This document shows positions 41,795 through 56,254 of a stretch of 64,000 nucleotides of DNA, piece by piece (the stretch's first letter is position 1; each line of letters begins with the position of its first letter). Source of the stretch: Octopus vulgaris (taxonomy: Eukaryota). Location: contig OX597820.1 of the NCBI GenBank assembly GCA_951406725.2, forward strand, positions 74,028,001 through 74,092,000, written 5' to 3'. Made by a program: the position numbers and the translations under genes. Under the pieces are notes generated by a model, which searched no databases, was not told the origin of the DNA, and saw nothing but the letters and a program-made list of their open reading frames with translations.

Positions 41795-42603
41795 ACCAAT
41801 AGGTACAAGGCCTGAAATTTTGCTGGAGTGTGGGGGGGGGGGCAGTCGATTAGATCGACTCCAGTACGCAATTAGTAATTAATTTATCGAAACCAAAACG
41901 ATGAAAGGCAAAATTGACCTCAGCGCAATTTGAACCCAGAACGTAGCGACGGGTGAAATATCGCTACGCATTTCGTTCAGTGTACTTGGTTCCGCCAGCT
42001 CACCTCCTTCCACGAAAACAATTTTTTCTACTCAAGGCACAAGGTCCGAAGTTTTTGGAGAGGGGTCCAGTCGATTAGATCGACCCCAGTACGCAACTGG
42101 TACTTAATTTATCGATTCCAAAAGGATGAAAGAGAAAGTTGGCCTCAGCGGAATTTGAACTCACAACGTAGCGACGGGCGAAATACCTATTTCTTTACTA
42201 ACCACAAGGGGCTAAACACAAAGAGGACAAACAAGGACAGACAAACGGATTCAGTCGATTATATCGACCCAGTGCGTAACTGGTATTTATTTTATCGACT
42301 CCGAATGGATGAAACGCAAAGTCGACCTCGGCGGAATTTGAACTCAGAACGTAGCAGCAAACGAAATACCTATTTCTTTACTACCCACAAGAGGCTAAAC
42401 ACAGAGGAGACAAACAAGGACAGACAGACGGATTAAGTCGATTATATCGACCCCAGTGTGGAACTGGTACTTAATTTATCAACCCCGAAAGGTTGAAAGG
42501 CAAAGTTGACCTCAGCGGAATTTGAACTCAGAACGTAACGGCAGACGAAATACCGCTAGGCATTTCGCCCGGCGTGCTAACGATTCTGCCACCTCGCTGC
42601 CTT
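41795..42603 (-). mobile_element. SINE family A head-to-tail array (4 units)
   Basis: Repeated gagttcaaattccgccgaggtcgactttgcctttcatcctttcggggtcgataaattaagtaccag body. Single copies at 1-170, 605-800, 11445-11635, 27430-27643, 35645-35868, 38253-38460, 39795-40008, 55050-55300, 59330-59530, 60920-61062, 62483-62652, 63730-63930. Confidence 0.88.
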
Positions 42604-43013
42604 GTTGATGATAATAATACCAGAAGAAAGAACATAAAGGGGTTTTCAAGGAAGAAATCAGGTGAGTAGTAAAGACTTAAAAGAAGGAAAGAGCAAAGAA
42701 AATAAGCAAAAGAAAAAGATGAAAGAAAAGAAGAACGCTGTTAATGTTTTACATCATCTTAGCACGTGGAAGCTGTTAATGTGGACGATCTTTAAATGCA
42801 TTGGACGGAAATGATGGCTGATGCGAGTGAGTGAGCCAGAAGAAGTAGGATTACAGTATTGTAGAGATACACTGAAGAATTAATTGCTTCTGGAATTCAG
42901 TGACAAATGTAACGAAGGAATCTATTTCAAATTCTTCAACGAAGCTTTTCATTCGAAATGACTGCACAAAGAGTGCAAAGAATATACGTGTGTATGTGTG
43001 TGTGTAGTCTAGT

Positions 43014-43127
<114 letters not shown>

Positions 43128-43259
43128 GCCTGCCTGCCTGCCTGCCTGCCAGCCTGCTTGTCTGTCTGTCTGTATATCTATCTGTCTGTCTGTTTATCTA
43201 TCTATCTGTCTGTCTGTCAGTCCATCCATCCATCTATCTATCTGTAAGTCTATCTGTCA

Positions 43260-43336
<77 letters not shown>

Positions 43337-44673
43337 TATGCATGTGTCTGTGTCTGTGTGTTTATTGAAATTTCGTTTATGTAAAGCAATAATAATAACC
43401 AGTTGTTAGAACTGAAGATACTTTTGCTTTAGAATAACTTGTCAGGAGACTGCAGAGCATAATATTACCTATTTTTTAATAGCTATCGTGATCCACCAGA
43501 ATAAAATAGTAATCGAAGGGTTCCATAGATAAAAAAAAAATGTATGTGAACCCCTGATGTAAAGGAGGAGCATCCATGAAAATAATGCCTTAATGAAAGT
43601 AATGTTCTTGGTAAAAGAACATGAGTTACGTAATCACCTCCATTAGCTTACGGCTGTTTCTGCTATAGGAATCAATGCACTCAAAGTTGAGTGCTTGTGC
43701 AACATCTAATAACTTTCTCGAAGTCACGAAAATGAAGTGTGTGTATATTTCGGAGACAAGCATGGATATTGACGTGCATATACGCATGCATGCAGACACA
43801 CACATACACACGAAGATACGTATATATGATTGTGTGAGTGAAATAAGCATGTAAACAAATTCTATGTCGTCGATATGCAAAAAAGAACAGGAGTAACAAG
43901 TAGTTTCATCTTCAACACTATTTAAAGTACGTTTTCCATGCTGGCATGTGTTGGACGGTTCGATAGGATCCGGTGAGTTCCAGAGCAGTGTCGAGCTCAC
44001 AATATCAACTTTGGCATGGTGTCAATGACTGGCTGCCCTTTGGAACTCTAACCATTTTATAGAATGATTGGTTGCTTTTTTTCGTGCCGAAGTCACTAAG
44101 TAACTTGGATGATGATAACAAGAGCAGGGAAGAGAAAAACGGAAAATAAGAAAAAGACCAATGACTAAGTAGAGTGGAGCATTTGAGAAAGGGTTTGTTT
44201 TATACGAAGTGTTGAGAGGCGAAAGCACAAGTGTCTTCGCTGTTCACTGAAACGAACTCTTTCCCAATCGTTAGCCTAGATCAGCTGCAGCATAAATTAG
44301 TCATAAATTAGCTAGCACGTAGTGAATAGCCCAATTTTCATATTTGTCATTAATTAAACAATATCTCTTTTATGCACAGGACAGCGTAAATCAGAACTGA
44401 AATAAATTTAAACACTGCAAAACCTCACTTATGACGAAATAATTATTTCGTAAGCATAGTCTTTCTATACTGTCCACTAATGTGCTAGCCAAATCGATCT
44501 TGGGAAAAAAGGTCGAGTAAGTCTTCTTTGAGGAATGCTTTACAAACGACAAAACAACCACTCTGGGAATCATAATATTAATATTAAAATTTTCTGGTTT
44601 ATAGTTTGCTGTGCATTATATTCATACCTACACACACACACACACACACGTACACACTTACACATACACACAC

Positions 44674-44775
<102 letters not shown>

Positions 44776-44967
44776 TGTGTGTGTGTATTTAATAACCAAG
44801 GATAAAATCTTAATAAGATTGTATGAAGTAGCCGGCATATAATGAACCATATAGGTGATAATTAATAGGAGTATATATAATTATAGGAATATAATTATAT
44901 TGATAAGGGCACTATTGAGTAGCGTCACAATTAGAAATAGCTGCCACATGGCTCTACGAATACCTGT

Positions 44968-45051
<84 letters not shown>

Positions 45052-45090
45052 ATATATATATGTATGTATATATATACATGTATGTATGTA

Positions 45091-45123
<33 letters not shown>

Positions 45124-45434
45124 ATATATATATATCATCATCATCATCATTATCATCGTCGTTGTCTTTTAACGTCCGCTTTCCAGTGCATTCGAATGGA
45201 GGATGCCCGAGATCCTAGAAGACACACAGACAGACAGACGGAATCTTATAATCATCTCATAATGACTTTTATGACTCTTATGACTACCTCAGTCCATCTA
45301 AATGTATATATTTGTCGTTACCTGTCATAAAAAGCCTTTTTTTATTTGCAATGTGCATTTTCGTTGATTTTTCAAATTTTACTCTTACATTTCCACGTGT
45401 ATCTTATATTTTCTTTTTGTAACATATATAACTA

Positions 45435-45480
<46 letters not shown>

Positions 45481-46775
45481 ACGGGCTTCTTTCAGTTTCC
45501 ATCTACCAAATCCACATACAAGGCTTTAGTCGGCTCGAGGCTATACTAGAAGACACTTGCCCAAGGTGTCACGCAGTGGGACTGAACTCGGAACCAAATG
45601 GTTATCGCTGATAATTATATCTTCATAGTTTATGTTTTTTTTCTAATAAATTCTATAATTAATGCACCAAATTAGATTGGTGTTCGACCTCGGATTTACG
45701 AATTGTTTTTGCCACAGGAAATGTATAAGAGCGTTTATGAATTGCTTTGCTAATAGCTGGACAATTTAGTTAGCCGGGTTGGATTTCTACAGAGTGCTTC
45801 GAGAGGTATTTTCCGGGATTTAATTCATACCTATTTTCCTTCACATACATGATTGTGTAGTAAGAAGCTTGCTTCCCAAACACATGGTTCCAGGTTCAGT
45901 CCCACTGCATGACACCTAGGGCAAGTGTCTTCTGCTTTAGCCTCGTGCTGACCAAAGACTTGTGGGTGGATTTAGTAGAGGGAAACTGAAAGAAGCCCGT
46001 CGTATATATGTGTATATGTTTGTGTCTATATAAATATAGATATATATATATATGATATATATATATATATATATGATATATATATACATATAGATATATA
46101 CATACATATATATATGTATGTATATATCTTGGTGGGTCTGTGTCTGCTCCGCCGACATCGCTTTGGCAACCGATGTCGGTGCGTTTACGTCCTCGTAACT
46201 TAGCGGTTCGGCAAAGAGCCCGATAGAATAAGTACTAGGTTTACAAAGAGTAAGTCCGGGAATCGATTTGTTCAACTAAAGGCGGTGCTCCAGCATGGCC
46301 TCTGTCAAATGACTGAAACAATTAAAAGTATAAAGAACACACACACTCATATATGTATGTATATATACTCACATAGGTGCAGGCATGGCTGTGTGGTAAG
46401 AAGTTTCCTTCCCAACCATATGGTTCCGGGTTCAGTCCCTAGGGTAGGTGTCTTCTATGGTAGCTCTGGGTCAACCAAAGATTTGTGAATGAATTTTGTA
46501 GATGGATACTGCAAGAAACCGGCATGTGTGTGTGTGTGTGTGTGTGTGTGTTTGTCCTCTGCTACCACTTCTGTACCGACGTTGGTTTGTTTACACTCCT
46601 GTAATTTAGCAGTTCAAAAGAGACCGTTAGAATAAGAATCAGACTTAAAAATAATAAATATTGTAGTCGATTTGTTCGACTAGAACCCCTCAAGTTAGGG
46701 CCCCTGAATGGTCGCAGTCCAATGATTGACACAAGTAAAAGGTAATATATACTTATATATATATATATATATATA

Positions 46776-47811
46776 GGTAAACAGTAAAAATAATTACAGA
46801 CATGGACAAGAACATGAAACGCCACAGAGACGACACAAGAACCACAGGACGGGACATTCGAAGCCCTCAGTCATCAGTCAAGAACCAGATCATCTTAGCA
46901 ATTTCGGCTGATTAATCTTGAGATTGCTCCGATATGGCCAGCCCGCCACGGGAAATCTAAGCCAAGTGCATTAGATCCCCTGGAAGAAAGCTTCGAATGT
47001 ATACAACGAGGACGGAAAACGAACGAAGTGCACGAACAAAGATACAGAATACGTGACAACAATAAGAATACAAAAACGTAAAAACAATAACGGTAAAAAT
47101 AAAGTATAACAAATAAACAACAAAACAAAACCAGGACGTAGGACAAGGGTCTTTCGACAGGACGAATTGAGCATGGGGCAGGCTTATGAAGTTGTGCCTA
47201 ATGGCCACAGGGAGACGAACAAGTACGTGTTGCTTCAACGGCTGCTGGAACGAAAAGAGCGTTCAACAGCGGCTAGCGGTCACGTGAGAACAAAAGACAA
47301 GAGAAAGGGACAGATGAAAAGAGAGAGAAAAGGTGGACGAGGGAGGAGAAGAAAGAGACAGATCGAGGGGGCTGGAGGTGAGAGAGATAGAGAAACGTAG
47401 AAGGGGGGGGGAAACGGATGGAGAGGGAAAGAAAGGAGGGGGAATAAGGGAGGAGAGAGAGAGAGAAAGAAAGAAAGATTAAGAGTCGTATCAATGCTTG
47501 AGAAAAAAATATACTTATCGTATAAGGACAATTGTGGATACGTAGCCGCCGATTATATAGGTAAACAGTAAAAATAATTACAGACATGGACAAGAACATG
47601 AAACGCCACAGAGACGACACAAGAACCACAGGACGGGACATTCGAAGCCCTCAGTCATCAGTCAAGAACCAGATCATCTTAGCAATTTCGGCTGATTAAT
47701 CTTGAGATTGCTCCGATATGGCCAGCCCGCCACGGGAAATCTAAGCCAAGTGCATTAGATCCCCTGGAAGAAAGCTTCGAATGTATACAACGAGGACGGA
47801 AAACGAACGAA

Positions 47812-47814
<3 letters not shown>
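46776..47814 (-). mobile_element. Non-coding partial-tandem element (784-bp unit plus 255-bp repeat), Penelope pseudo-LTR-like
   Basis: 46776-47030 matches 47560-47814 with no differences seen. (TA)n lies on both sides, and there are no TG...CA ends or TSD. Strand is inferred from the end shared with the truncated copy at 3547. Confidence 0.7.
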
Positions 47815-47898
<84 letters not shown>

Positions 47899-48102
47899 TA
47901 TATATACACACACATACAAACATACATACACACAGATAGTCACACATATCCACATATATGCATATATACATACATACATGCAGGGAGAGGGGAAGAAGAG
48001 AAAGAAAATAAAGCGGATCATAGTTCAATGTGTAACTTTAAACTTTAGTGAGAGTCGTAACAGAAGGAATTTAACAGATTATATACAACAGAGTAGTGAC
48101 GA

Positions 48103-48357
48103 CCTCCTCCTCCTCCCTCCCTCCCTCCCCCCACCGCCTCCACCCCTCCTCATACCCTCTTCTTCCTCCCATCCTCCACCCTCTCCTCATCTCCCTCTTC
48201 TTCCTCCTCTCCACCTCCTCCTCCACCCCTCCTCCTCCTCCTCCTCTTTCTTCCTCTTCTTTTTCTTCTTCTTCTTCTTCTTCTTCTTCTTCTTCTTCTT
48301 CTTCTCCTCCTCCTTATTCTTCTTGTATCATCATCATCATCGTCGTCGTCGTCGTCG

Positions 48358-48424
<67 letters not shown>

Positions 48425-48427
48425 CAT
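48103..48427. repeat. (CCT)n-(CTT)n-(CAT)n-(CGT)n-(TAT)n compound array
   Basis: Directly visible. Confidence 0.95.
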
Positions 48428-49049
48428 TCAGTTAAGTAATGTTACAAGCGTTTAAGATAGCCTTACATAATACGCTGTATTGTTGGAGATCGCATGAAAG
48501 CCGGCGATAAGTGAAATGGACGGCATTGTCGTCAAAGCTTCCTTTATTATCGCTTGCTTTTGGTCATCTTCACTAAAGTGTTTTCATTATATTATTCTAC
48601 CATTAAAATAAATAGTAATACTAATCTTAATAACTTACAGTTTTCCGTTTTAGTCTTGTCTTTGTTCGACTTGAACAGAAACAGAAAACTTCAGATTACA
48701 ATTCATCTCAAACATTGAAGAAACGACTTTCGATCGGATTTTGTTTAATGAAGTGGAAGTCGCGGTCAATAATACGTAATAAGTTCAGATTAGAAGTTGT
48801 TATTGTTTTACTGTTGTTTTATCACCAAGTCAAATGTGGTCTAGTGGCTAGGATGTTGTACTCAAGATCGCAAGATCATGGTTTCGATTCCAGGATTAGG
48901 CGGTGTGTTGTGTTCTTGAGCAAAACACTTCGTTTCACGTTGTTTCTGTCTGCTCAGCTGTAAATGATTAACCCTATGTCAGACTAGGATCCTGTTCAGA
49001 GAGAATGTTATGATCATAGTTAATTAATTAGTTAGTTAGTTACTGCTCT

Positions 49050-49300
49050 CCTTGCCATGAGGCACATAAAACCACAACATGATCTCTCCAACCAGCCCTG
49101 TTTTCTGCCATTGTTCTGGTCTCATTCCAGCTTTCCCAACATTATCTCCTTCCCTTGTAAGTGGTCCTTCTCCATGTGGTTTTAGGGCGCCTTGCTGCTC
49201 CTTCCCCTTCTTGCTGCCTTGGTGTTACCATACAATGGCTATCTCGACCTTGCCTGAGGACGCGTCCGCTCCAGCCCCAATGTCTACGTCTTATCTCGTC
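49050..49300 (-). mobile_element. RTE-clade LINE 3' fragment
   Basis: Minus strand encodes RPKTTWRRT; a (TAAC)n-like tail lies at ~49020-49040. Confidence 0.55.
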
Positions 49301-51248
49301 ATTGACACCCTTCATCCTCGTTGTTGTACTTATACGCCACGGATAACTAGTAACCGGCGCTGTGAATCTTAAGAATCGAGACAGTAATTATCTAAGGTTG
49401 ATGATGATAGTATAAACTGAAACCCAAACAAAAGGGCTGTTATCAAAAACATTACACGCATGATAAGCAAGAAGAAATCTTACCCTCCTTCACCCCTGCA
49501 CTCAAAGGAAGATACTCTTTCTTCTCTCTTGCTGTACCTCTTCAATGACTATCCAACACCTTGCATATAGATTGTCTAACGTGTTCTTTTATTGACTGTT
49601 AATGAGCTCAAAAACAAAAATCACATGCCTCAAAATTATCCTGGGCCCTTCAAGTTTCTCAATTAATCTTTGTCTATATAATAAGTTTTAAACAGTATTC
49701 ATGAGCTGACTCCCCTTGGATAAAATATACCTAAATCAGGAATCTGAAGAGGAGGACATTAAAGTAAAGGAAAATTAATATTTTGACAGTAAACAGTCGC
49801 AGGCTTGGCTATGTGGTTAGAAGTTTGCTTCCCAACCACATGGTTTCGGTACCTTGGGCAAGTGTCTCCTACAATAGCCTCTGGTCGACTAAAGCCTTGT
49901 GAGTGGATTTGACAGACAGAAACTGAAAGAAGCCTGTCGTACATATATATATTTACATAGTTCAAGTTTATAGGAAAACAAAGACGAAGATAGGTGTTGG
50001 AACAACAAGCAACTGTATGACACTCGGGGGAAAAATGGAAGAGTGTTTTGCGTTTCGAGCCTACGTTCTTCAACAGAAAGGAATACGATAAAATAAACAG
50101 AGAGAGAATGAATAAAGACGTGTCGGGTTCAGTGGTCCAACATGACGGATCATGACGGACATACACAGACATAAAGACACACACACACACATCGATAATA
50201 CATACACACACACACCGATAATACATACACACACACTCATATATATATATATACATCATATATGTATCCATGTGTGAGTGTCTTTATGTCTGTGTATTCC
50301 GTCACCACCTCTTGACAACCGGTTGTTGTATGTTTACGTAGCTGTATCTTAGCGGCTCGGCAAAAGCGACCGACAGAATAAGTACTAGGCTTAAAAGAAA
50401 AAACAAAAGAGTAGTGGAGTCGATTTATTCGACTAAAATTTTTAAAGGCGGTGCCCCAGCATGGCCGCAGTCTAATGACTGAGGCAACTAAGAGAGATAA
50501 AAGTTAAAAGAGATCGTATATCGGTTAATACGAAAAAATAACTCACTCATTTTTTTATTTATAGAGTCCTACAGTTTCTATTCATGGCCAGCCTAGCAAA
50601 TCATTCGCTGATCTCAAAGGGAATTCTGTAATTACTAAAAGTGAATATACTCAAATTAATCCAAGCTCATAAACAGCAACATGTAAAACAATATTGTTGA
50701 AATCATTTTAATAAGTTAATTACTAAGATTAATTTCTCCATTGAGTGTCGGTTCCTTCAAACTCTTCATCTGGTTGTATACGTTCTGTTTTCTTTGAGCG
50801 AATATAAAGTAAGTTTGTACATGAATAAGTCAATCAGCTTAAAACAACGAGTTATTGTGGCAGCCATCATAACTGGAAAGCCCACTTTATGAAAACACTA
50901 TTAATGTCATATTTGCCGAAGAACTTCTTCCGGTAATTAACTTTATGAAGCAGCATGGTTTTCTTCATAAAGATCTTAAGTGTCATTGCCGTAATGTTTC
51001 TCAGAACAAGACAAGATTCTCTATAGAAAGATAACCATACATGGATGTATCAAGTGAAGAAAAGTGCCAAATATAAATAGTATGAAACAATTCTTAAAAT
51101 ATCATTTTATTTATTAGTTATTAATTTATTGTTTTTGGTCGATCAAGAAATCTTATGTAAACATTGCCAAAGTACGCCAATAAAATTCATAATACGGTAA
51201 ATCATTCTTTGAATTCTGTTGTAGCTTGGGAGTGTCGTTATACCAATA

Positions 51249-51406
51249 CTCCTTTCTACTATAGGCACAAGGCCTGAAATTTGGGGGAGGCGACCAGTCG
51301 ATTACATCGACCCCAGTGTTTCCCTGGTACTTAATTTATCGACCCCGAAAGGATGAAAGGTAAAATCGACTGCGACGGAATTTAAACTCAGAACGTAGCG
51401 GCAGCA
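51249..51406 (-). mobile_element. 5'-truncated SINE A with 11-bp TSD, inserted in a foldback element
   Basis: ttataccaata at 51238-51248 and 51407-51417. Confidence 0.85.
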
Positions 51407-52179
51407 TTATACCAATAATAAACACACGCACTGGTTATGCTTTCACTTCTTTCATTTTTATTAATCAGTTGGTTAGAAACAGTGTGTATGTTTGTTATTA
51501 TTGGTATTACGACTATCCCGAGATGCAACAGAATATGTTTCAACGCACAAATTCACATCAAGAATCTTGAAAACTAAATGCAAAAAGGAAATATTCATTG
51601 AATTTTTTGATAAAATTACCAAGATGCATCGTCAGTCAGTATAGAAATTTATTGAAGTAAAGAAATGCAGAGTTGCAGGAGAAACTCCTCCCGGCAGGAC
51701 TGTATGTGACATAAAAAGCATTTAAGTAATATTATTTCTATGAGAAGTGGATGGTAAGGAGGGTGATGAAAGCAGAAGTGACAGGCAGCAGAACCAGAGG
51801 CATATATATATATATATAAATGTGTGTGTGTGTGTGTGTGTGTGTATATAAATATATACATATAAATACACTGTACATTTAAACACATAAGAGGTATTCA
51901 GACTATTTTTGTTAAAAAAAGTCTAAAACCATTGGTCCAGGAGTTAGATGGTAAATGTTTTTATTTTTCATTCCCTTCGAAATTTAATCCCTAATAGTGG
52001 TTTGGAATTTAACTGTTCTCTCTAGCGCGCAAGGAATCCTATGATGGATACCTCTTATGTATTTAAATGTACACTGTATTTATGTGAATAATATATAGTC
52101 TATTGACTAAATTTTTACACGCTAAGCCACTGGTAATGGAAATTTCAAATATTTCTGATTACCCTTTGGCATTATTAAG

Positions 52180-52182
52180 TAC

Positions 52183-52270
<88 letters not shown>

Positions 52271-52568
52271 GTATATATGTATATATATATATATGTATAT
52301 ATGTATATATATATATATATATATCTTTATATATGTATATATATGCATGTATATATACGTATATATATGCATATATATGTGTATATATATATGCATATAT
52401 ATGTGTATATATATATATGCATATATATATATATATATATGTATGTATATATATATATATATATATACATATATGTATATGTATATATATATATATACAT
52501 ATATGTATATATATATGTATAAATATATGTATATATATATGTATATGTGTGTGTGTATGTGTGTGTGT
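52180..52568. repeat. Long interrupted (AT)n microsatellite, one of dozens of AT, AC, GATA and ACAT runs in the window
   Basis: Directly visible. Confidence 0.95.
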
Positions 52569-53032
52569 CTTTGAAGGATTTTAACAGGTGGATTGAGAAA
52601 GATATTGTTTCAAATGACATGCATGAATGCTGCGGTACAAATTTAAAGAGGCAAATATATCTGATTCAAGATTAACCCATCAAGTATTACTCATTTTTTG
52701 AAAGCGTCCTTATTTCGTTCCCTGTATCCTTTCTCTTTTACTTTTCGCTTGTACTAACCAGAATAAAATACCGATGCTCATTGCCGGATATATACAATTG
52801 TTCTTGTCTCTCACGAACAGATATTGAGATCATATATCTAAAATAAATTATGGTTTTGATCATTCAGCTGTGAATTATAACCTGATGATTGTAGTTTGTG
52901 ATGACTACGATATGAATGTCTTGAATCGGATTGGTTTTTGACACCGTATAAGATGTTCTGAGATGAGAGACCGAAGATTCCAGATACGATTACATGTGTG
53001 GTTATATATTTTGTTGTACATACATACATACA

Positions 53033-53068
<36 letters not shown>

Positions 53069-53265
53069 CATGAATATTTATGTTCTGTATATACTAAAAA
53101 AAAATTATATATACATATATATTGGGTCACCCCATAAAAAATGCACTTTTTTTACACAAGGCTATAGTAGAAGACACTTGCACAAGGGGCCACGCAGTGG
53201 GAATGAACCCAGAACCATGTGGTTGGTAAGCAAGCTACTTACCCCACAGCCACTCCCGCGCCTAT

Positions 53266-53297
<32 letters not shown>

Positions 53298-53589
53298 TCA
53301 CAAAAAGACAAAAGACGAAGGCTGGTGGTGTAGACAACTAACAGATGTATTATTTTAGCGCTCGGGAAATGAAATATTCTTTAATGTTTCGCGCCTACGC
53401 TCTTTCACAGAAAGAATGTGTAGTGGCTAGCGATATATATAGTTGAAAATGGAGTAAAAAAAAGCTTATGCGGCGGTAATTTTTATTTTAATAACAATGT
53501 TAAAGATTATCCCCAAGAAAAGCCGTCTCTACTCATTTTTTTTCAAATATATAATAGTGCCGAGCACTTTCTTTTTACTGTTCTACTTG

Positions 53590-53622
<33 letters not shown>

Positions 53623-53789
53623 ACATAGGTATGTATGTATGTATGTATGTATGTATGTATGTATGTATATATGTATGTATGTATTGCTACATATCTCATC
53701 CCAGATCTTCGAATTTCTTTTCTTTTGTAATAACCTTGCATTGAAATACAGTTCAAATACTGCAAAATGAGTTAGTATGCAGTTATTTT

Positions 53790-54403
53790 TTCTATTCTAG
53801 GCACAAGACCCGAAATTTTGGGGGAGGGGGCGGCCAGTCGATTAGCTCAACCCCAGTGCGTAACTGGTACTTAATTTATCGACCCCGAAAGGATGAAAGG
53901 CAATGTCGACCTCGGCGGAATTTAAACTCAGAACGTAGCGGCAGATGAAATACCTATTTCTTTACTACCCACAAGGGGCTAAACACAGAGGGGACAAACA
54001 AGGACAGACAAACGGTTTAAGTCGATTATATTGACCACAGTGCTTAACTGATACTTATTTAATCGACCCCGAAAGGATGAAAGGCAAAGTCGACCTCGAT
54101 GGAATTTGAACTCAGAACGTAGCTGCAGACGAAATACCGCTAAGCATTTCGCCCGGCGTGCTAACGTTTCTTATTTCTTTATTGCCCACAAGGGGCTAAA
54201 CATAGAGGGGGCGAATAAGGACAGAAAATGGGATTACGTCGATTACATCGACCCCACTGCGTAACTGGTATTTAATTTATCGACCCCGAAAGGATGAAAA
54301 GTAAAGTTGACCTCGGCGTAATTTGAACTCAGAATGTAACGCAGGCGAAATACCGCTAAGCATTTCGCTTAGCACGGTAACGATTCTGCCAGCTCGCCGC
54401 CTT
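53790..54403 (-). mobile_element. SINE family A array (3 units)
   Basis: Three consecutive bodies with one complete tRNA-like head at 54345-54403. Confidence 0.88.
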
Positions 54404-55330
54404 AGGTAGTATGTAGTATTGTATCTTTCTTTCATAACCAGTAGACGTATGCTTCGTGAGTCTTCTATGCTTTCCGTTACAGTCCATGAGGAGTATTCAT
54501 AACAGTACAGATTTGAAATTCCGGCTCTTTAGTTCTGAGTTAAAATCTCGCTGAGGTCAACTTTGGCTTTCATCTTTTCAGAGTTGATAACATCAAGCAC
54601 CAGTCAAGCACCGGATTGGATGATACCGACTGACATCCTTCTTTCAAAACTGTTGGCTTTCTACCTAAACCAGAAACAATTTTAACAGAATTGGATAGCA
54701 GCCGACAGGCAGATTCGTTAACGTACTTCCGCATAGCTTCCATTAATCAAATTCCACTCTTAAATGATTGACCGATGCAATGGAATAAGACAATTACACA
54801 AGATAGTGCAAGGGATCGAACCAGTATCTATGCGATTGTGAAACTAATTCCTTAACCATACGACCATGGCTGCGCACAGTTTACCACCATTTGAGTGTAA
54901 ATACCAATAAATACCGGTTCTTCCGTAGGTTTCTAAGTGACTTCATATTAGATGTACTATTACTAATAGTTTCTCTTTAGCTTCTTTATGTAACAAGAAC
55001 TCTCAACAGTTGTTAATGTCGTAACATTTGCCTGAACTATATAATTCTTTCTAATTTTGAAATAGGACTAACAATTACGAGGGGAGGGAGCGAGCTGATT
55101 ACATCGACCCTAGTACTTGACTAATACTTATTTTATCAAACCCGAAAAGATGAAAGGTAAAGGCAAAAGATGAGAGGCAACGACCTCGTTGGAATTTGAA
55201 CTCATGACGTTCAAATTCCCATTCAAATTCCACCGTAACGAACCAGAAGAAATGCTTGTAAGCATTTTGTCCGACGCGCTAATGATTCTATCTGCCCTCC
55301 GGCTTCGTTTGAGTTATATAAGAACAAGTT

Positions 55331-55760
55331 AAGGTGGGCACCTAGCAGAATCGTTAGCACGCCGGGCGAAATGCTCAGTGGTATTTCGTCTGTCTTTATG
55401 TTCTGAGTTCAAATTCCGCCGAGGTCGACTTTGCTTTTCATCCGTTCGGGGCCAATTAAATAAGTACCTGTTACGCACTGGGGTCGATATAATCGACTTA
55501 AACCGTTTGTCTGTTCTTGTTTGTCCCCTCTCTGTGTAGCCCCTTGTAGGCTGTAAAGAAATAAGAAACGTCAGCACGCCGGGCAAAATGCTCAGCGGTA
55601 TTTCGTCTGTCTTTACGTTTTGAGTTCAAATTCCGCCGAGGTCCACTTTGCCTTTCATCCTATCGGGGTCGATAAATTAAGAAACAGTTACGTACTGGGG
55701 ACGATCTAATCGACTGCCCTCCCCCAAAATGTCGGGCCTTGTGCCTAGAGTAGAAAAGAA
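55331..55760 (+). mobile_element. SINE family A dimer
   Basis: Head, body and tail 1, then a truncated monomer ending in tail 2. Confidence 0.88.
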
Positions 55761-56093
55761 GAGTATATAAGGACAAGCATTTACGAACGAAATATATATA
55801 CCTGTCCTTCTATTATCTATCCTAATGTATCTATGTATATATACATACACAGGAGGCTCAACGGCCCAGTGGTTAGGGCAGCGAAGTCGTGGTCGTAAGA
55901 TCGCGGTATCGATTTCCAGATTGGGCACTGTGAGTGTTTATTGAGCGAAAACACCTAAAGCTCCACCTCGCTCCGGCAGGGGGTGATGGTGAACCCTGCT
56001 GTACTTTTTCACCACAACTTTCTGAACCCAGAACTATGTGGTTGGGAAGCAAGTTTCTTGCCACACAGCTAGGCCTGTGCCAATATGTATATA

Positions 56094-56142
<49 letters not shown>

Positions 56143-56146
56143 ACAG

Positions 56147-56215
<69 letters not shown>

Positions 56216-56254
56216 AATATATATATATATATATATATGTGTTGATAGATAGAT

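Noticed and set aside
41795-42603. CRISPR-like regularly spaced repeats
   Set aside because: Units are ~180-bp SINE monomers with no unique spacers; eukaryotic context and no cas genes.
46776-47814. LTR retrotransposon or TRIM
   Set aside because: The direct repeats lack TG...CA termini, PBS and a 4-6 bp TSD; a partial tandem in (TA)n fits better.
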